Sequence record: PX871048.2
From: a phage
Direction: 5' to 3' (one strand)
Length of the DNA: 43,596 bases
Positions 26,394 to 34,571 of this stretch are shown here, one piece after another (position 1 is the stretch's first letter; every line of letters starts with the position of its first letter). The notes under the pieces are model-generated. The model did no database searches. It was not told the DNA's origin and saw nothing but the letters and a program-made list of their open reading frames with translations. Both the position numbers and the translations under genes were made by a program.

Positions 26394-26632
26394 TGCCTAA
26401 AATCACAATCGCATCGCTGGAGCGCCGTATTCTGGTGCTTGAGTCAGAGAAACAGACGTTAGGCGGGCAACTGTCAATTAATGGTGAGTTTCAACTGGAG
26501 GCGTTTAAGTTGTTGCTTGATAAGTTGAAAGCGGACGAAAAGCCTTGCGAGCACGATTACTACCTACATGTGGTTGGTGGATTACATCGGGCCACGTGCA
26601 TCAAATGCGGTAAAGCGTATGGAGTCGCCTAA
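26393..26632 (+). CDS. zinc-ribbon protein
   Basis: CEHDYYLHVVGGLHRATCIKCG. Confidence 0.45.
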   Translation: MPKITIASLERRILVLESEKQTLGGQLSINGEFQLEAFKLLLDKLKADEKPCEHDYYLHVVGGLHRATCIKCGKAYGVA

Positions 26633-26801
26633 GCCGGTAGTTATTGAGGGCGTCCTGTGGAAACCTTACTCGGTTAACCACATCGACGCCGACGGGAAGA
26701 AGTTCAGCTTCTACATTTTTGCAATTAGCCGGGAGCACGCCGCTTGTGTGGTAGACGATATACGAGAAACGGCGTGGCTTGGTGATGAGATAGTGGGGTA
26801 A
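26617..26801 (+). CDS. hypothetical protein (start uncertain, 26568 or 26617)
   Basis: ORF in track, alternative internal ATG. Confidence 0.35.
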
Positions 26802-26805
26802 GAGT

Positions 26806-26889
26806 ATGAGTCTAGAGGTGGTTATCGGTCTGGTTGGTCTTAGTTACTTCGTTGGGCTGTTGGTCGGGTTTATGTGGGGTAGATACTAA
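26806..26889 (+). CDS. small hydrophobic peptide (27 aa)
   Basis: single TM-like segment; TAATG overlap with next gene. Confidence 0.3.
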   Translation: MSLEVVIGLVGLSYFVGLLVGFMWGRY

Positions 26890-27170
26890 TGGCACGCACT
26901 GTTGCATCGAGATTCACTGATATTGAATCTGCGATAGAAGAAGCTGTTTATAGCAAATTCTGTAACCCCTCTGCGACCCATAACTATGGGGTTATTATTA
27001 AATACGGCAAGTTTGAAATCAGGAGAGTGCGCGCCGGTCGTCCGCACGAGTTTTTATGGACCACAGAAAGCCTCATCCCGCGATGCCACGTTTACACAAG
27101 CGGTGCACATACGATTTTTGTAGACCTGGACAAGAAAGATATTACTGTCACTAAAGGAGAGACAAATTGA
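26889..27170 (+). CDS. hypothetical protein
   Basis: 93-aa ORF. Confidence 0.45.
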   Translation: MARTVASRFTDIESAIEEAVYSKFCNPSATHNYGVIIKYGKFEIRRVRAGRPHEFLWTTESLIPRCHVYTSGAHTIFVDLDKKDITVTKGETN

Positions 27171-27403
27171 TTACCAGCATCCCTAAACTGATCGAAGAGT
27201 ACGGCAATATGTCTGAGACATGCCGACAAACCGGCATCAGCGAAATGACGATTGCGAAGTACCGCAACGACGTGAACTGCGAGCGACATGTAATTTATAA
27301 CAACCGTCTGATGACACACGTTAAGACAAGCCCGGTGTTATTCACGCGCCGTGGTATCACTAAAACTGAGCAACGCATTGCTAAAGAGGAGAGCGGGGAA
27401 TGA
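27167..27403 (+). CDS. HTH DNA-binding protein, candidate late-gene regulator
   Basis: NMSETCRQTGISEMTIAKY HTH-like segment; last sizeable gene before the late-operon control region. Confidence 0.4.
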   Translation: MITSIPKLIEEYGNMSETCRQTGISEMTIAKYRNDVNCERHVIYNNRLMTHVKTSPVLFTRRGITKTEQRIAKEESGE

Positions 27404-27501
27404 AATTGCTAATCATCCCTAACGCTTGGGCTATCGCTGTAGCTAACGACCACTACGGCGGCGACGGTAAAAGAGCACCGCGACACGGCCTATATAACTG
27501 A
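27400..27501 (+). CDS. hypothetical peptide (33 aa)
   Basis: ATGA-coupled; below cutoff. Confidence 0.3.
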   Translation: MKLLIIPNAWAIAVANDHYGGDGKRAPRHGLYN

Positions 27502-27504
27502 TAC

Positions 27505-27530
27505 AAGCCCTCTACGGAGGGCTTTTCTGT
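27505..27530 (+). terminator. rho-independent terminator (AGCCCTC-TACG-GAGGGCT plus T-run)
   Basis: hairpin then TTTTCTGT. Confidence 0.6.
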
Positions 27531-27542
27531 ACATCCCGCCCA

Positions 27543-27624
27543 ATCCCCTTATATAATCCCTTTAGACGCGCAGGGCGCGTCTGGTGCGCTCTGATGGTCA
27601 GACGCATATGCAAGGGGATTATAT
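27543..27624 (+). promoter_or_regulatory. late-operon control region: TATAAT-like box, 10-bp inverted repeat ATATAATCCC/GGGATTATAT flanking perfect hairpin AGACGCGC-AGG-GCGCGTCT
   Basis: symmetric structure immediately upstream of small terminase start. Confidence 0.4.
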
Positions 27625-28171
27625 GAAGCTGAAACTCAAGCAGCCATCGCCAGAGGTGGTGCAAGCTGCACATGAAGAAGCTGTTAGCGCAAACCGTCGC
27701 CGTAAACGACCGCGCGGTGAACAGAGCCTTTATCAATCGTCCCGTAATTCCGCAGCGTTGTGGGACACGGACTATTGCGACGAATTGATTCGTTTCTTCG
27801 ACCGCACGTCATGGGAGGCTATGCCGACCGGTGCGCACGGAGACTACAAAGCAGTCATTGCGGATAAACCGCCATCACTGGCTCGCTTCGCCTTACACAT
27901 CGGTGTCACTATCCCGATTATTAAGCTGTGGCTGCGTGAGATTCCGGCTTTCGCAGAAGCCTATGAAACTGCACAGGCGCTGGAAGAGGCGTATTTCACC
28001 GAGACCGGGGCCGCCGGTATCTCGGCTACGTTTGCCGCCGCGAAGCTGGGCCTCGGAAAAGAGAAACCAGTTGAATCAAGCGAAGAAACTGCACCTACTG
28101 AGATTATTTTCAGTGTTGCAGAGCCCGTGGGTAAAATCGTAACAACGAATATGGGTGAGGTAGAGGAATGA
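27623..28171 (+). CDS. terminase small subunit
   Basis: 182 aa directly upstream of and overlapping large terminase; RBS AAGGGGA; start 27623. Confidence 0.55.
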   Translation: MKLKLKQPSPEVVQAAHEEAVSANRRRKRPRGEQSLYQSSRNSAALWDTDYCDELIRFFDRTSWEAMPTGAHGDYKAVIADKPPSLARFALHIGVTIPIIKLWLREIPAFAEAYETAQALEEAYFTETGAAGISATFAAAKLGLGKEKPVESSEETAPTEIIFSVAEPVGKIVTTNMGEVEE

Positions 28172-29418
28172 GTATTCAGCTATCCGCCCCGCAGGCACTG
28201 TTCCTGAATTGCGATAACAAATACAAGGCCTATGTCGGCGGCTTCGGCAGCGGCAAGACATTTGTCGGCTGTCTGGACCTGCTTACTTTTATGCTAAAGC
28301 ATCCCGGTACGCGCCTCGGTTACTTCGGACCAACATACCCGGCCATCCGCGACATCTTCTACCCGACATTCGAGGAAGCGGCTAACCTGCTCGGCCTCGA
28401 TGTTCTGGTTAAATCCGGAGATAAAGAGGTTGTTGTTACCCGCGGTAAGACGGTGCTCGGAACTGTTATCTGCCGCTCGATGGATAACCCCGGCTCGATA
28501 GTCGGCTTCAAAATCGCGGCTGCGGTCGTGGATGAGCTGGACGTATTGAGCCGCGAGAAAGCTGAGCTGGCGTGGAACAAAATCGTAGCCCGTATGCGTC
28601 TTGTTATTCCTGGCGTAACCAACCACATCTCTGTAACCACGACGCCGGAAGGGTTCAAGTTCGTCTACGCCAAGTTCAAAGAGAATCCGACACCGAGTTA
28701 TTCAATGGTGCAGGCTTCCACTCACGAGAACGCGCGGTTCCTGCCGCCTGACTACATTAGTTCGCTGACCGAGACTTACCCCGCGCAACTGATTAACGCG
28801 TACCTGAACGGGGAGTTCGTCAACCTGACATCCGGCAGCGTGTACTACGCCTATGACCGCCGTAAGCATCGCAGCAAAGAGACAATTCAACCGGGCGACA
28901 CGTTGTACATCGGGCAGGACTTCAACGTTACGAAGAACGCCAGCGCCGTGTATGTACAGCGTAAAGATGGCTGGCACGCGGTGGCGGAACTGAAGGGTCT
29001 GTTCGATACGCCAGACACCGTGCGTGTAATTACTGAGAAGTGGAAGTCCCAAGGACACCGCATCGTCGTTTACCCCGACGCCAGCGGCAAGAACCGCAAG
29101 ACAAACTCGGCATCAATCTCAGATATCGCATTACTCCAGCAGGCCGGTTTTGATGTTCGCGCTAAACCAGCCAACCCTCCGGTTAAAGACCGTGTTTTAG
29201 CAGTGAATACCGCGCTGGAAAAAGGTAAGCTGTGGGTTAATGACCACTTATGCCCGGAGATAGCCAAGACGCTGGAGCAGCAGGCATACGACGATAACGG
29301 AGAGCCCGCTAAAGACGGCGTTATCGACCATATGGCGGATGCTCTCGGCTATCCTGTAGTTTACGAGATGCCGGTGGTTAAACCAGTAATCAACATCCCG
29401 GTGACTTTCGCACTTTAA
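28168..29418 (+). CDS. terminase large subunit
   Basis: Walker A GGFGSGKT, Walker B AAVVDELD, nuclease-like C-terminus; 416 aa. Confidence 0.85.
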   Translation: MSIQLSAPQALFLNCDNKYKAYVGGFGSGKTFVGCLDLLTFMLKHPGTRLGYFGPTYPAIRDIFYPTFEEAANLLGLDVLVKSGDKEVVVTRGKTVLGTVICRSMDNPGSIVGFKIAAAVVDELDVLSREKAELAWNKIVARMRLVIPGVTNHISVTTTPEGFKFVYAKFKENPTPSYSMVQASTHENARFLPPDYISSLTETYPAQLINAYLNGEFVNLTSGSVYYAYDRRKHRSKETIQPGDTLYIGQDFNVTKNASAVYVQRKDGWHAVAELKGLFDTPDTVRVITEKWKSQGHRIVVYPDASGKNRKTNSASISDIALLQQAGFDVRAKPANPPVKDRVLAVNTALEKGKLWVNDHLCPEIAKTLEQQAYDDNGEPAKDGVIDHMADALGYPVVYEMPVVKPVINIPVTFAL

Positions 29419-29430
29419 GAGGATTATTCA

Positions 29431-30903
29431 ATGTTAACTATGAACGGTCAGAATCAGGGTGTTAAGACAAAACACCAGGAATGGCTGCAGCACTTCAATA
29501 AATGGCAGAAGGTTCGCCATGCTCTGGAAGGCGACCTTATTCGCTATCTTCGCAACGTCGGGAAGAATGAGCCTGACCCGACCTACGCGGCCCAGCGCCA
29601 GGAAGAATACGAGAACGGCGCCATCTGCTACAACTTCACCAAACGTACCCTGGCGGGGATGGTCGGCAGCGTTATGCGTAAAGACCCCGAGCAGATTATC
29701 CCGCCTGAACTGGAGTACCTGTTGCGCAACGCCGACGGTTCCGGTGTCGGGCTGTGGCAGCACGCGCAGGATACGCTAATGGAGATTGACTCAGTGGGCC
29801 GTGGCGGGTTGCTGGTGGACGCCCCGGAGACAGCCGCAGCAACGGCGGCAGAGCAGAACGCAGGGTTGTTAAACCCGGTCATCGCATTCTACACCGCAGA
29901 GAACATCATCAACTGGCGGCTGACACGCATCGGTTCAGTTAACCGCGTGACGATGGTCGTGCTGCGCGAGGCATGGGAGTACTCAGAACCTGGCGCGGAA
30001 TTTGATACCAAGTTCGGCGAGCAATACCGCGTCCTTGACCTGATTGACGGTCGCTACCGCCAGCGCATCTATCGCTTCGATGCCGAAGGTGGCGCTCAGG
30101 ATGAAGTAATCGAAATATTCCCGGAGCTTGGCGAACAGTTGCGCGGCAAAATCCCGTTCACGTTCATTGGGGCAAGCAACAACGATGCAACCATTGACGA
30201 CGCACCTTTGCTGCCGTTGGCTGAGCTTAATATTGGGCATTTCCGCAACAGCGCGGACAATGAGGAATCCAGCTTCGTTGTAGGGCAGCCCACTCTGTTC
30301 ATCGCCCCTGGCGAGAACATGAGCGTGGAACAGTGGAAAGAAGCCAACCCTCACGGCGTGCGCATGGGGTCGCGCTCAGGCCATAACATCGGTTACGGCG
30401 GCAACGCGTTTCTGGTTCAGGCCGGAGAGAACAACCTCGCCAAACAGAACATGCTGGATAAAGAGAATCAGGCCATCCAGATTGGTGCGCAGCTTATCAC
30501 GCCGACGCAGCAGATTACCGCTGAATCAGCCCGCCTGCAACGTGGCGCTGATACATCCGTAATGGCAACCATTGCGCGTAACGTAAGCATGGCATACACA
30601 GAGGCGTTGCGTTGGGTGGCTGCTATGCTTGGGCTGCGTGAAGGCACGGAGATTGAGTTCAAACTGAACATGGAGTTCTTCCTGCAACCGATGACGGCGC
30701 AAGACCGCGCACAGTGGATGGCAGACATTAACGCTGGTTTACTGCCAGCAACCGCCTACTACTCCGCGCTGCGTAAGGCCGGGGTAACTGACTGGACCGA
30801 CGAGGATATTCAGAACGCTATCGAAGACGCACCGCTGCCGTTAGGCGCCGCTTCTCAGGTAGCAGGAGAAATTCCGCAGTCGGCGCAGCAACAGCAGGAG
30901 TAA
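29431..30903 (+). CDS. portal protein
   Basis: 490 aa immediately after large terminase. Confidence 0.7.
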   Translation: MLTMNGQNQGVKTKHQEWLQHFNKWQKVRHALEGDLIRYLRNVGKNEPDPTYAAQRQEEYENGAICYNFTKRTLAGMVGSVMRKDPEQIIPPELEYLLRNADGSGVGLWQHAQDTLMEIDSVGRGGLLVDAPETAAATAAEQNAGLLNPVIAFYTAENIINWRLTRIGSVNRVTMVVLREAWEYSEPGAEFDTKFGEQYRVLDLIDGRYRQRIYRFDAEGGAQDEVIEIFPELGEQLRGKIPFTFIGASNNDATIDDAPLLPLAELNIGHFRNSADNEESSFVVGQPTLFIAPGENMSVEQWKEANPHGVRMGSRSGHNIGYGGNAFLVQAGENNLAKQNMLDKENQAIQIGAQLITPTQQITAESARLQRGADTSVMATIARNVSMAYTEALRWVAAMLGLREGTEIEFKLNMEFFLQPMTAQDRAQWMADINAGLLPATAYYSALRKAGVTDWTDEDIQNAIEDAPLPLGAASQVAGEIPQSAQQQQE

Positions 30904-30936
30904 AGAAAAAGGCCCCTTAAGGGGCCTTAGTTTTAT
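30904..30936. terminator. bidirectional terminator (perfect palindrome AAGGCCCCTTAAGGGGCCTT flanked by A/T runs)
   Basis: serves + portal gene and convergent minus moron gene. Confidence 0.7.
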
Positions 30937-31178
30937 CGCACTCTCATAAATAGCTTACCTTTGCGTTGCAACAAATCCATACCGACAGCACCTTCGCCAG
31001 ATTTGTTCGGACGGCGCATTAAACTAAAGTTCCATACTCTAGCTTTTGAAGCATCTTTCGCATTGCACACCCAAAGTCTACCATTTTCTCTTAGGTCAAA
31101 TAAGTCCGATATACTGAGATTATTAACCGGTATGAAACCGCCAATGAACTCACGTTCGCAACTAGGTAATTCCTGCAT
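30933..31178 (-). CDS. moron-like hypothetical protein (81 aa) antisense within late module
   Basis: own class I promoter and AGGAGGG RBS, own terminator. Confidence 0.5.
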   Translation of the reverse strand: MQELPSCEREFIGGFIPVNNLSISDLFDLRENGRLWVCNAKDASKARVWNFSLMRRPNKSGEGAVGMDLLQRKGKLFMRVR

Positions 31179-31203
31179 ACACCCTCCTGTTTAAGTTAAC
31201 TGA

Positions 31204-31232
31204 ATAGTACCCTATTATATTGGTGTCTGCAA
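31204..31232 (-). promoter_or_regulatory. sigma70-type promoter, class I variant (TTGCAG-17-TACTAT) with palindrome
   Basis: minus-strand reading TTGCAG ACACCAATATAATAGGG TACTAT. Confidence 0.6.
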
Positions 31233-31276
31233 ATATTATTTTTATGCGTTACACTGGCGATACTACAGGAGGGCAT

Positions 31277-32320
31277 ATGAGCTTACTTACATCCCTAATT
31301 AGCCACCAGATATGGCTACAACGCACCGCATCCGGCGAGGTGAAAGACCTTGCGCCGTTCATTCAGGAAATGCGGGACGAAATCAAACGGCAGGTGTTGC
31401 TGTTCGGCGACGACGGTCGCAGCACCGCGCGACTGAATAAACTGTTACGTGACCTCGAAGAAGCACTGACCGGGCTTACAGGCGACTGGCAAACGAAGCT
31501 GACAGAAGACCTAAAGGAACTGGCGGCGTATGAGGCCGAGTGGAACGTGAAGACACTGACGACTAACGTTAACGCGGAATTTGTTACGCCTACCGCCGAA
31601 CAGGTGTGGGCCGCTGCCGAGTTTCAGCCCTTATCATTAAGTGACAAGCCCGTTGATTTCGCCAAGCTGATGGATGGCTGGGGTGAAACAGAAGTATCGC
31701 GACTGGTAACTGGTGTTAAGATGGGTTTCGTTCAAGGCCAAACCACACGGCAGATTGTTAAAAATGTCGTTGGCGCTGGCGGACTGGCGGACATCTCTGA
31801 GCGCAACGCAGCTACGGTAACCCGCACCGCGCTGTCGCACATATCCAACGAAGCACGCAACGAGACGTACCGTCAGAACGACGACATCATCGAGAAATAT
31901 GAATGGGTATCGACGCTTGACAGCCGTACCAGTACGATTTGCAGAGCCAGGGACGGAATGACGTGGGAAATCGGTAAGGGGCCGATGCCCCCCGCCCATT
32001 TTGGCTGCCGAAGCACCACAGCACCTGTAATCAGTTCAGAATTCGACTTCCTCGATAAAGACGCAAAACGTGCAGCTAAGGGTGCGGACGGCGGAACTCA
32101 GGTAAGCGTGGACACCTCTTACTACGAGTTCCTAAAACAACAACCGGCATGGTTTCAGGATGAAGCACTCGGTCCTGTTCGCGGTAAGATTTTCCGCAAC
32201 AGCGGTATATCGCCGGAAGAGTTTCGCGTAATATCTGTAGATGGTTTCGGGAATCCGCTTACGCTTAAGCAGATGGCGGAACTCGATAAACGTGTTGCTG
32301 ATTATCTGAAAGGGGAATAA
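31277..32320 (+). CDS. head morphogenesis protein (Mu F-like minor head protein)
   Basis: position after portal; CxxC-like STICRARDG..HFGCRST; RBS CAGGAGGG. Confidence 0.6.
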   Translation: MSLLTSLISHQIWLQRTASGEVKDLAPFIQEMRDEIKRQVLLFGDDGRSTARLNKLLRDLEEALTGLTGDWQTKLTEDLKELAAYEAEWNVKTLTTNVNAEFVTPTAEQVWAAAEFQPLSLSDKPVDFAKLMDGWGETEVSRLVTGVKMGFVQGQTTRQIVKNVVGAGGLADISERNAATVTRTALSHISNEARNETYRQNDDIIEKYEWVSTLDSRTSTICRARDGMTWEIGKGPMPPAHFGCRSTTAPVISSEFDFLDKDAKRAAKGADGGTQVSVDTSYYEFLKQQPAWFQDEALGPVRGKIFRNSGISPEEFRVISVDGFGNPLTLKQMAELDKRVADYLKGE

Positions 32321-32781
32321 TGATGGGCTTTTTCAAAGTAACTGACGTACCTTCGCGTCGCGTTGTCCAGTTTGCTCGCGTGTCTGGCTCCGGTGAGAAC
32401 GTGGTGTCTATTGGGGACGAAAGTGTACTAGGTACGCCAGTAGATGATATGCCGTTTGCAGATAAGACCGGTATTGCGCTACCCGCCGCGGGGATGCTTT
32501 ACGAGATTCCGTATCTGGCTGACGCCGGCGACGTGTATTTCTCTGTGCAACCGCAGGACACGGAACTGGCAGACGGCAGCGCAACTATCACTGTCGAAGT
32601 TAAGGCGGGCAAAGCACCGTATGCGCTGACCTGGTACAAAGACGGGAAGGAAGTGGTAAATGCCCCTGAAGAGGCCTTGTCTCTGACAGTTAATGCGGTC
32701 GGCGAATACTTCGTTAAAGTTACTGATGCCGATGGTGTGGAGGCTGTTAGTAAAGCGGCGAAGGTCATTAAGCCAGAATAA
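32320..32781 (+). CDS. Ig-like domain protein (possible capsid decoration)
   Basis: C-terminal YALTWYKDGKEV..GEYFVKVTDADG resembles Ig-like domains. Confidence 0.45.
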   Translation: MMGFFKVTDVPSRRVVQFARVSGSGENVVSIGDESVLGTPVDDMPFADKTGIALPAAGMLYEIPYLADAGDVYFSVQPQDTELADGSATITVEVKAGKAPYALTWYKDGKEVVNAPEEALSLTVNAVGEYFVKVTDADGVEAVSKAAKVIKPE

Positions 32782-32784
32782 ACT

Positions 32785-32810
32785 GAAGCCCCGTTAAGGG
32801 GCTTTATTTC
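32785..32810. terminator. bidirectional terminator (AAGCCCC-GTTA-AGGGGCTT)
   Basis: hairpin plus T-rich tail; also ends the convergent minus small gene. Confidence 0.65.
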
Positions 32811-32819
32811 CATCAGAGT

Positions 32820-32915
32820 TCACCATTCCCCTCTATCTGCATCCTCAACCCCGCTAATAGCCCACACAAACAATCCTAAATTAACCAGTAACACAAATGA
32901 AATTGCTATCATCAT
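32820..32915 (-). CDS. small membrane peptide (31 aa), moron
   Basis: GGAGGTGG RBS then ATG; single TM; track start 33005 lies upstream of the promoter so internal ATG used. Confidence 0.45.
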   Translation of the reverse strand: MMIAISFVLLVNLGLFVWAISGVEDADRGEW

Positions 32916-32941
32916 AACCACCTCCACTAGGCATTTACTGA

Positions 32942-32970
32942 ATAGTACGCTATTATGTTGGGGTGTGCAA
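32942..32970 (-). promoter_or_regulatory. sigma70-type promoter, class I (TTGCAC-17-TACTAT) with palindrome
   Basis: minus-strand reading TTGCAC ACCCCAACATAATAGCG TACTAT. Confidence 0.65.
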
Positions 32971-33022
32971 ACTATTTGTTTACGTATTCCAGTTATTCCG
33001 CTCAATTGTAAATGTTGGAATA

Positions 33023-33038
33023 AACTATTCGAATAGTT
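33023..33038. promoter_or_regulatory. perfect 16-bp palindrome AACTATTCGAATAGTT (reversed half-site order) overlapping -35 of element B promoter
   Basis: exact inverted repeat. Confidence 0.5.
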
Positions 33039-33065
33039 GACTTTTCACTAAAAATATGATAAGCT
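33037..33065 (+). promoter_or_regulatory. promoter TTGACT-17-TGnTAAGCT driving structured element B
   Basis: same architecture as 20759-20787. Confidence 0.45.
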
Positions 33066-33168
33066 CCACCTGAGCTTGTGAAGTATGAACAAGCGACCGC
33101 GGCGCGGGCAGGTAACGGAGCGGGACGTAAGTCCTGAGTGTAGTTACGCTGACGCGTTCGGAAGGGCC
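33060..33168 (+). ncRNA. candidate structured RNA element B (paralog of 20782-20891)
   Basis: conserved blocks and compensatory stem changes relative to copy A; no ORF. Confidence 0.35.
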
Positions 33169-33243
33169 GTACCCTATTGCTTGTGTAAAAAGTAACTGGT
33201 TTACTGAGATTACGCCGTTTCTATGTTTAAATGATAAGGACTA

Positions 33244-33272
33244 GCGCCCCGCTTTATGGCGGGGCTTTACTT
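33244..33272 (+). terminator. rho-independent terminator (GCGCCCCGC-TTTATG-GCGGGGC plus T-rich)
   Basis: hairpin between element B and spanin start. Confidence 0.55.
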
Positions 33273-33289
33273 ATCGAGAAAGGAGAAAC

Positions 33290-33676
33290 ATGAATCTTAA
33301 AGCAACTGTCGTAGCGGGGGCATGTTTCATCATCCTGGCTTACGCACACGGCATCTACCAGTACCGCAGCGGCTGGAACGAAGGCCGGGCTAATCTAGCT
33401 TCACAGCAACAGCGGAAAGCACAGACCGAGTTAGCGAAGAAAACACAACGGCAGCAGCAGGACGAATCGAAGGCCGCGGCCGCTGACAACGAAGGCAAGA
33501 CGAAATCAGAGGTAATTACCCGTGAAGTCGTTAAGTACATTAAAACGCCTGGCCGCAGCGTGTGCACTTTCGACGATGCTCGCGTCCTGCTCAAGTCCCG
33601 CGCCGTCACCAACGCCAATTCCATCCCCGGATACGACAATGATGCAGCCGCCGTGCAAGCTGGCACCGCCAAGTAG
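33290..33676 (+). CDS. i-spanin (Rz-like)
   Basis: N-terminal TM (ATVVAGACFIILAYAHGIY), Q/K/E-rich periplasmic segment, overlapping lipoprotein gene in +1 frame; RBS AGGAG. Confidence 0.65.
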   Translation: MNLKATVVAGACFIILAYAHGIYQYRSGWNEGRANLASQQQRKAQTELAKKTQRQQQDESKAAAADNEGKTKSEVITREVVKYIKTPGRSVCTFDDARVLLKSRAVTNANSIPGYDNDAAAVQAGTAK

Positions 33677-33785
33677 CGACGCGGACGAGGATTTGGCTAT
33701 CGACGTTCAGAACGCCGAATGCGTACGGCAACTGAGACTGAAAGTGTTCATGTTGCAGGATTACGTGAGGAATATTCTGGAATAG
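33522..33785 (+). CDS. o-spanin (Rz1-like outer-membrane lipoprotein)
   Basis: GTG start after GAGGT RBS; signal peptide with lipobox LAS-C; Pro-rich mature part; overlaps and extends past the Rz-like gene. Confidence 0.65.
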   Translation: MKSLSTLKRLAAACALSTMLASCSSPAPSPTPIPSPDTTMMQPPCKLAPPSSDADEDLAIDVQNAECVRQLRLKVFMLQDYVRNILE

Positions 33786-33867
33786 TTGCCTTGCATGTTG
33801 GAATAATTTATTCTTGACATGTAAATCCGGGTGGCCCGGGTTCCAACGTCCAGGGGACATACTGACT

Positions 33868-34569
33868 ATGAATCGTTTTTTACGTTATCCGTTCCAGGAA
33901 GAAGCTGGGGCAGAAGATAAAGCCGGTGGCGGTGGCGCACCGAAAATGTTCACCGCTGAAGAAGTTCAGGCGCTGATTGAGAAAGAAGTCGCCGGGCTTA
34001 AGGCTAATCAGGAAGCGTTGCTGGCGGAGAAGAAAGAAGCCGCTCGCAAAGCAAAAGAGGCCGAAGAAGAACGGCAGCGCGCACACCAGGAGGCGTTAAA
34101 AGCCGCTGGTAAGATGGACGAGTTCGAAAAAACGATTCGTAGCCAGTATGACCCGGTGTTAGCCGAGAAAGATGGTCGCATCTCCAGAATGGCAGAGCGC
34201 ATCCTCGGCAGCGAACGTAAAGCGGTGTTAGGCTCTTTCGCGGGTGACTTTATCACCCCGGAAGCAGTGGACATCCTGGCTCCGTTCGTTAAGACTGAGT
34301 TTGAAGGCGATGACGTGGTTACTAAGTTTGTCGGCGCAGACGGCAACGTAATCACGACTGACCCGGAACAGTTCCGCAAATACCTGCGTGAACACAAAGC
34401 GTTTTCGCATTTGATTAAAGCAAATGCAGCTTCCGGCGGCGGGGCTTCCGGTAGCAAAGGCGGCGGGGCCGCACCAGCGTTTAAAGACATGAGCGAAGCG
34501 GAGCGTTTAGCTCTGTATAAATCGAACCCTGCCGAATTTGAACGGCAACTTAAAGCCCTGAGGAAATAA
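33868..34569 (+). CDS. scaffolding protein
   Basis: 234 aa, charged helical A/E/K-rich, immediately upstream of major capsid gene; start ATG 33868. Confidence 0.55.
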   Translation: MNRFLRYPFQEEAGAEDKAGGGGAPKMFTAEEVQALIEKEVAGLKANQEALLAEKKEAARKAKEAEEERQRAHQEALKAAGKMDEFEKTIRSQYDPVLAEKDGRISRMAERILGSERKAVLGSFAGDFITPEAVDILAPFVKTEFEGDDVVTKFVGADGNVITTDPEQFRKYLREHKAFSHLIKANAASGGGASGSKGGGAAPAFKDMSEAERLALYKSNPAEFERQLKALRK

Positions 34570-34571
34570 TA

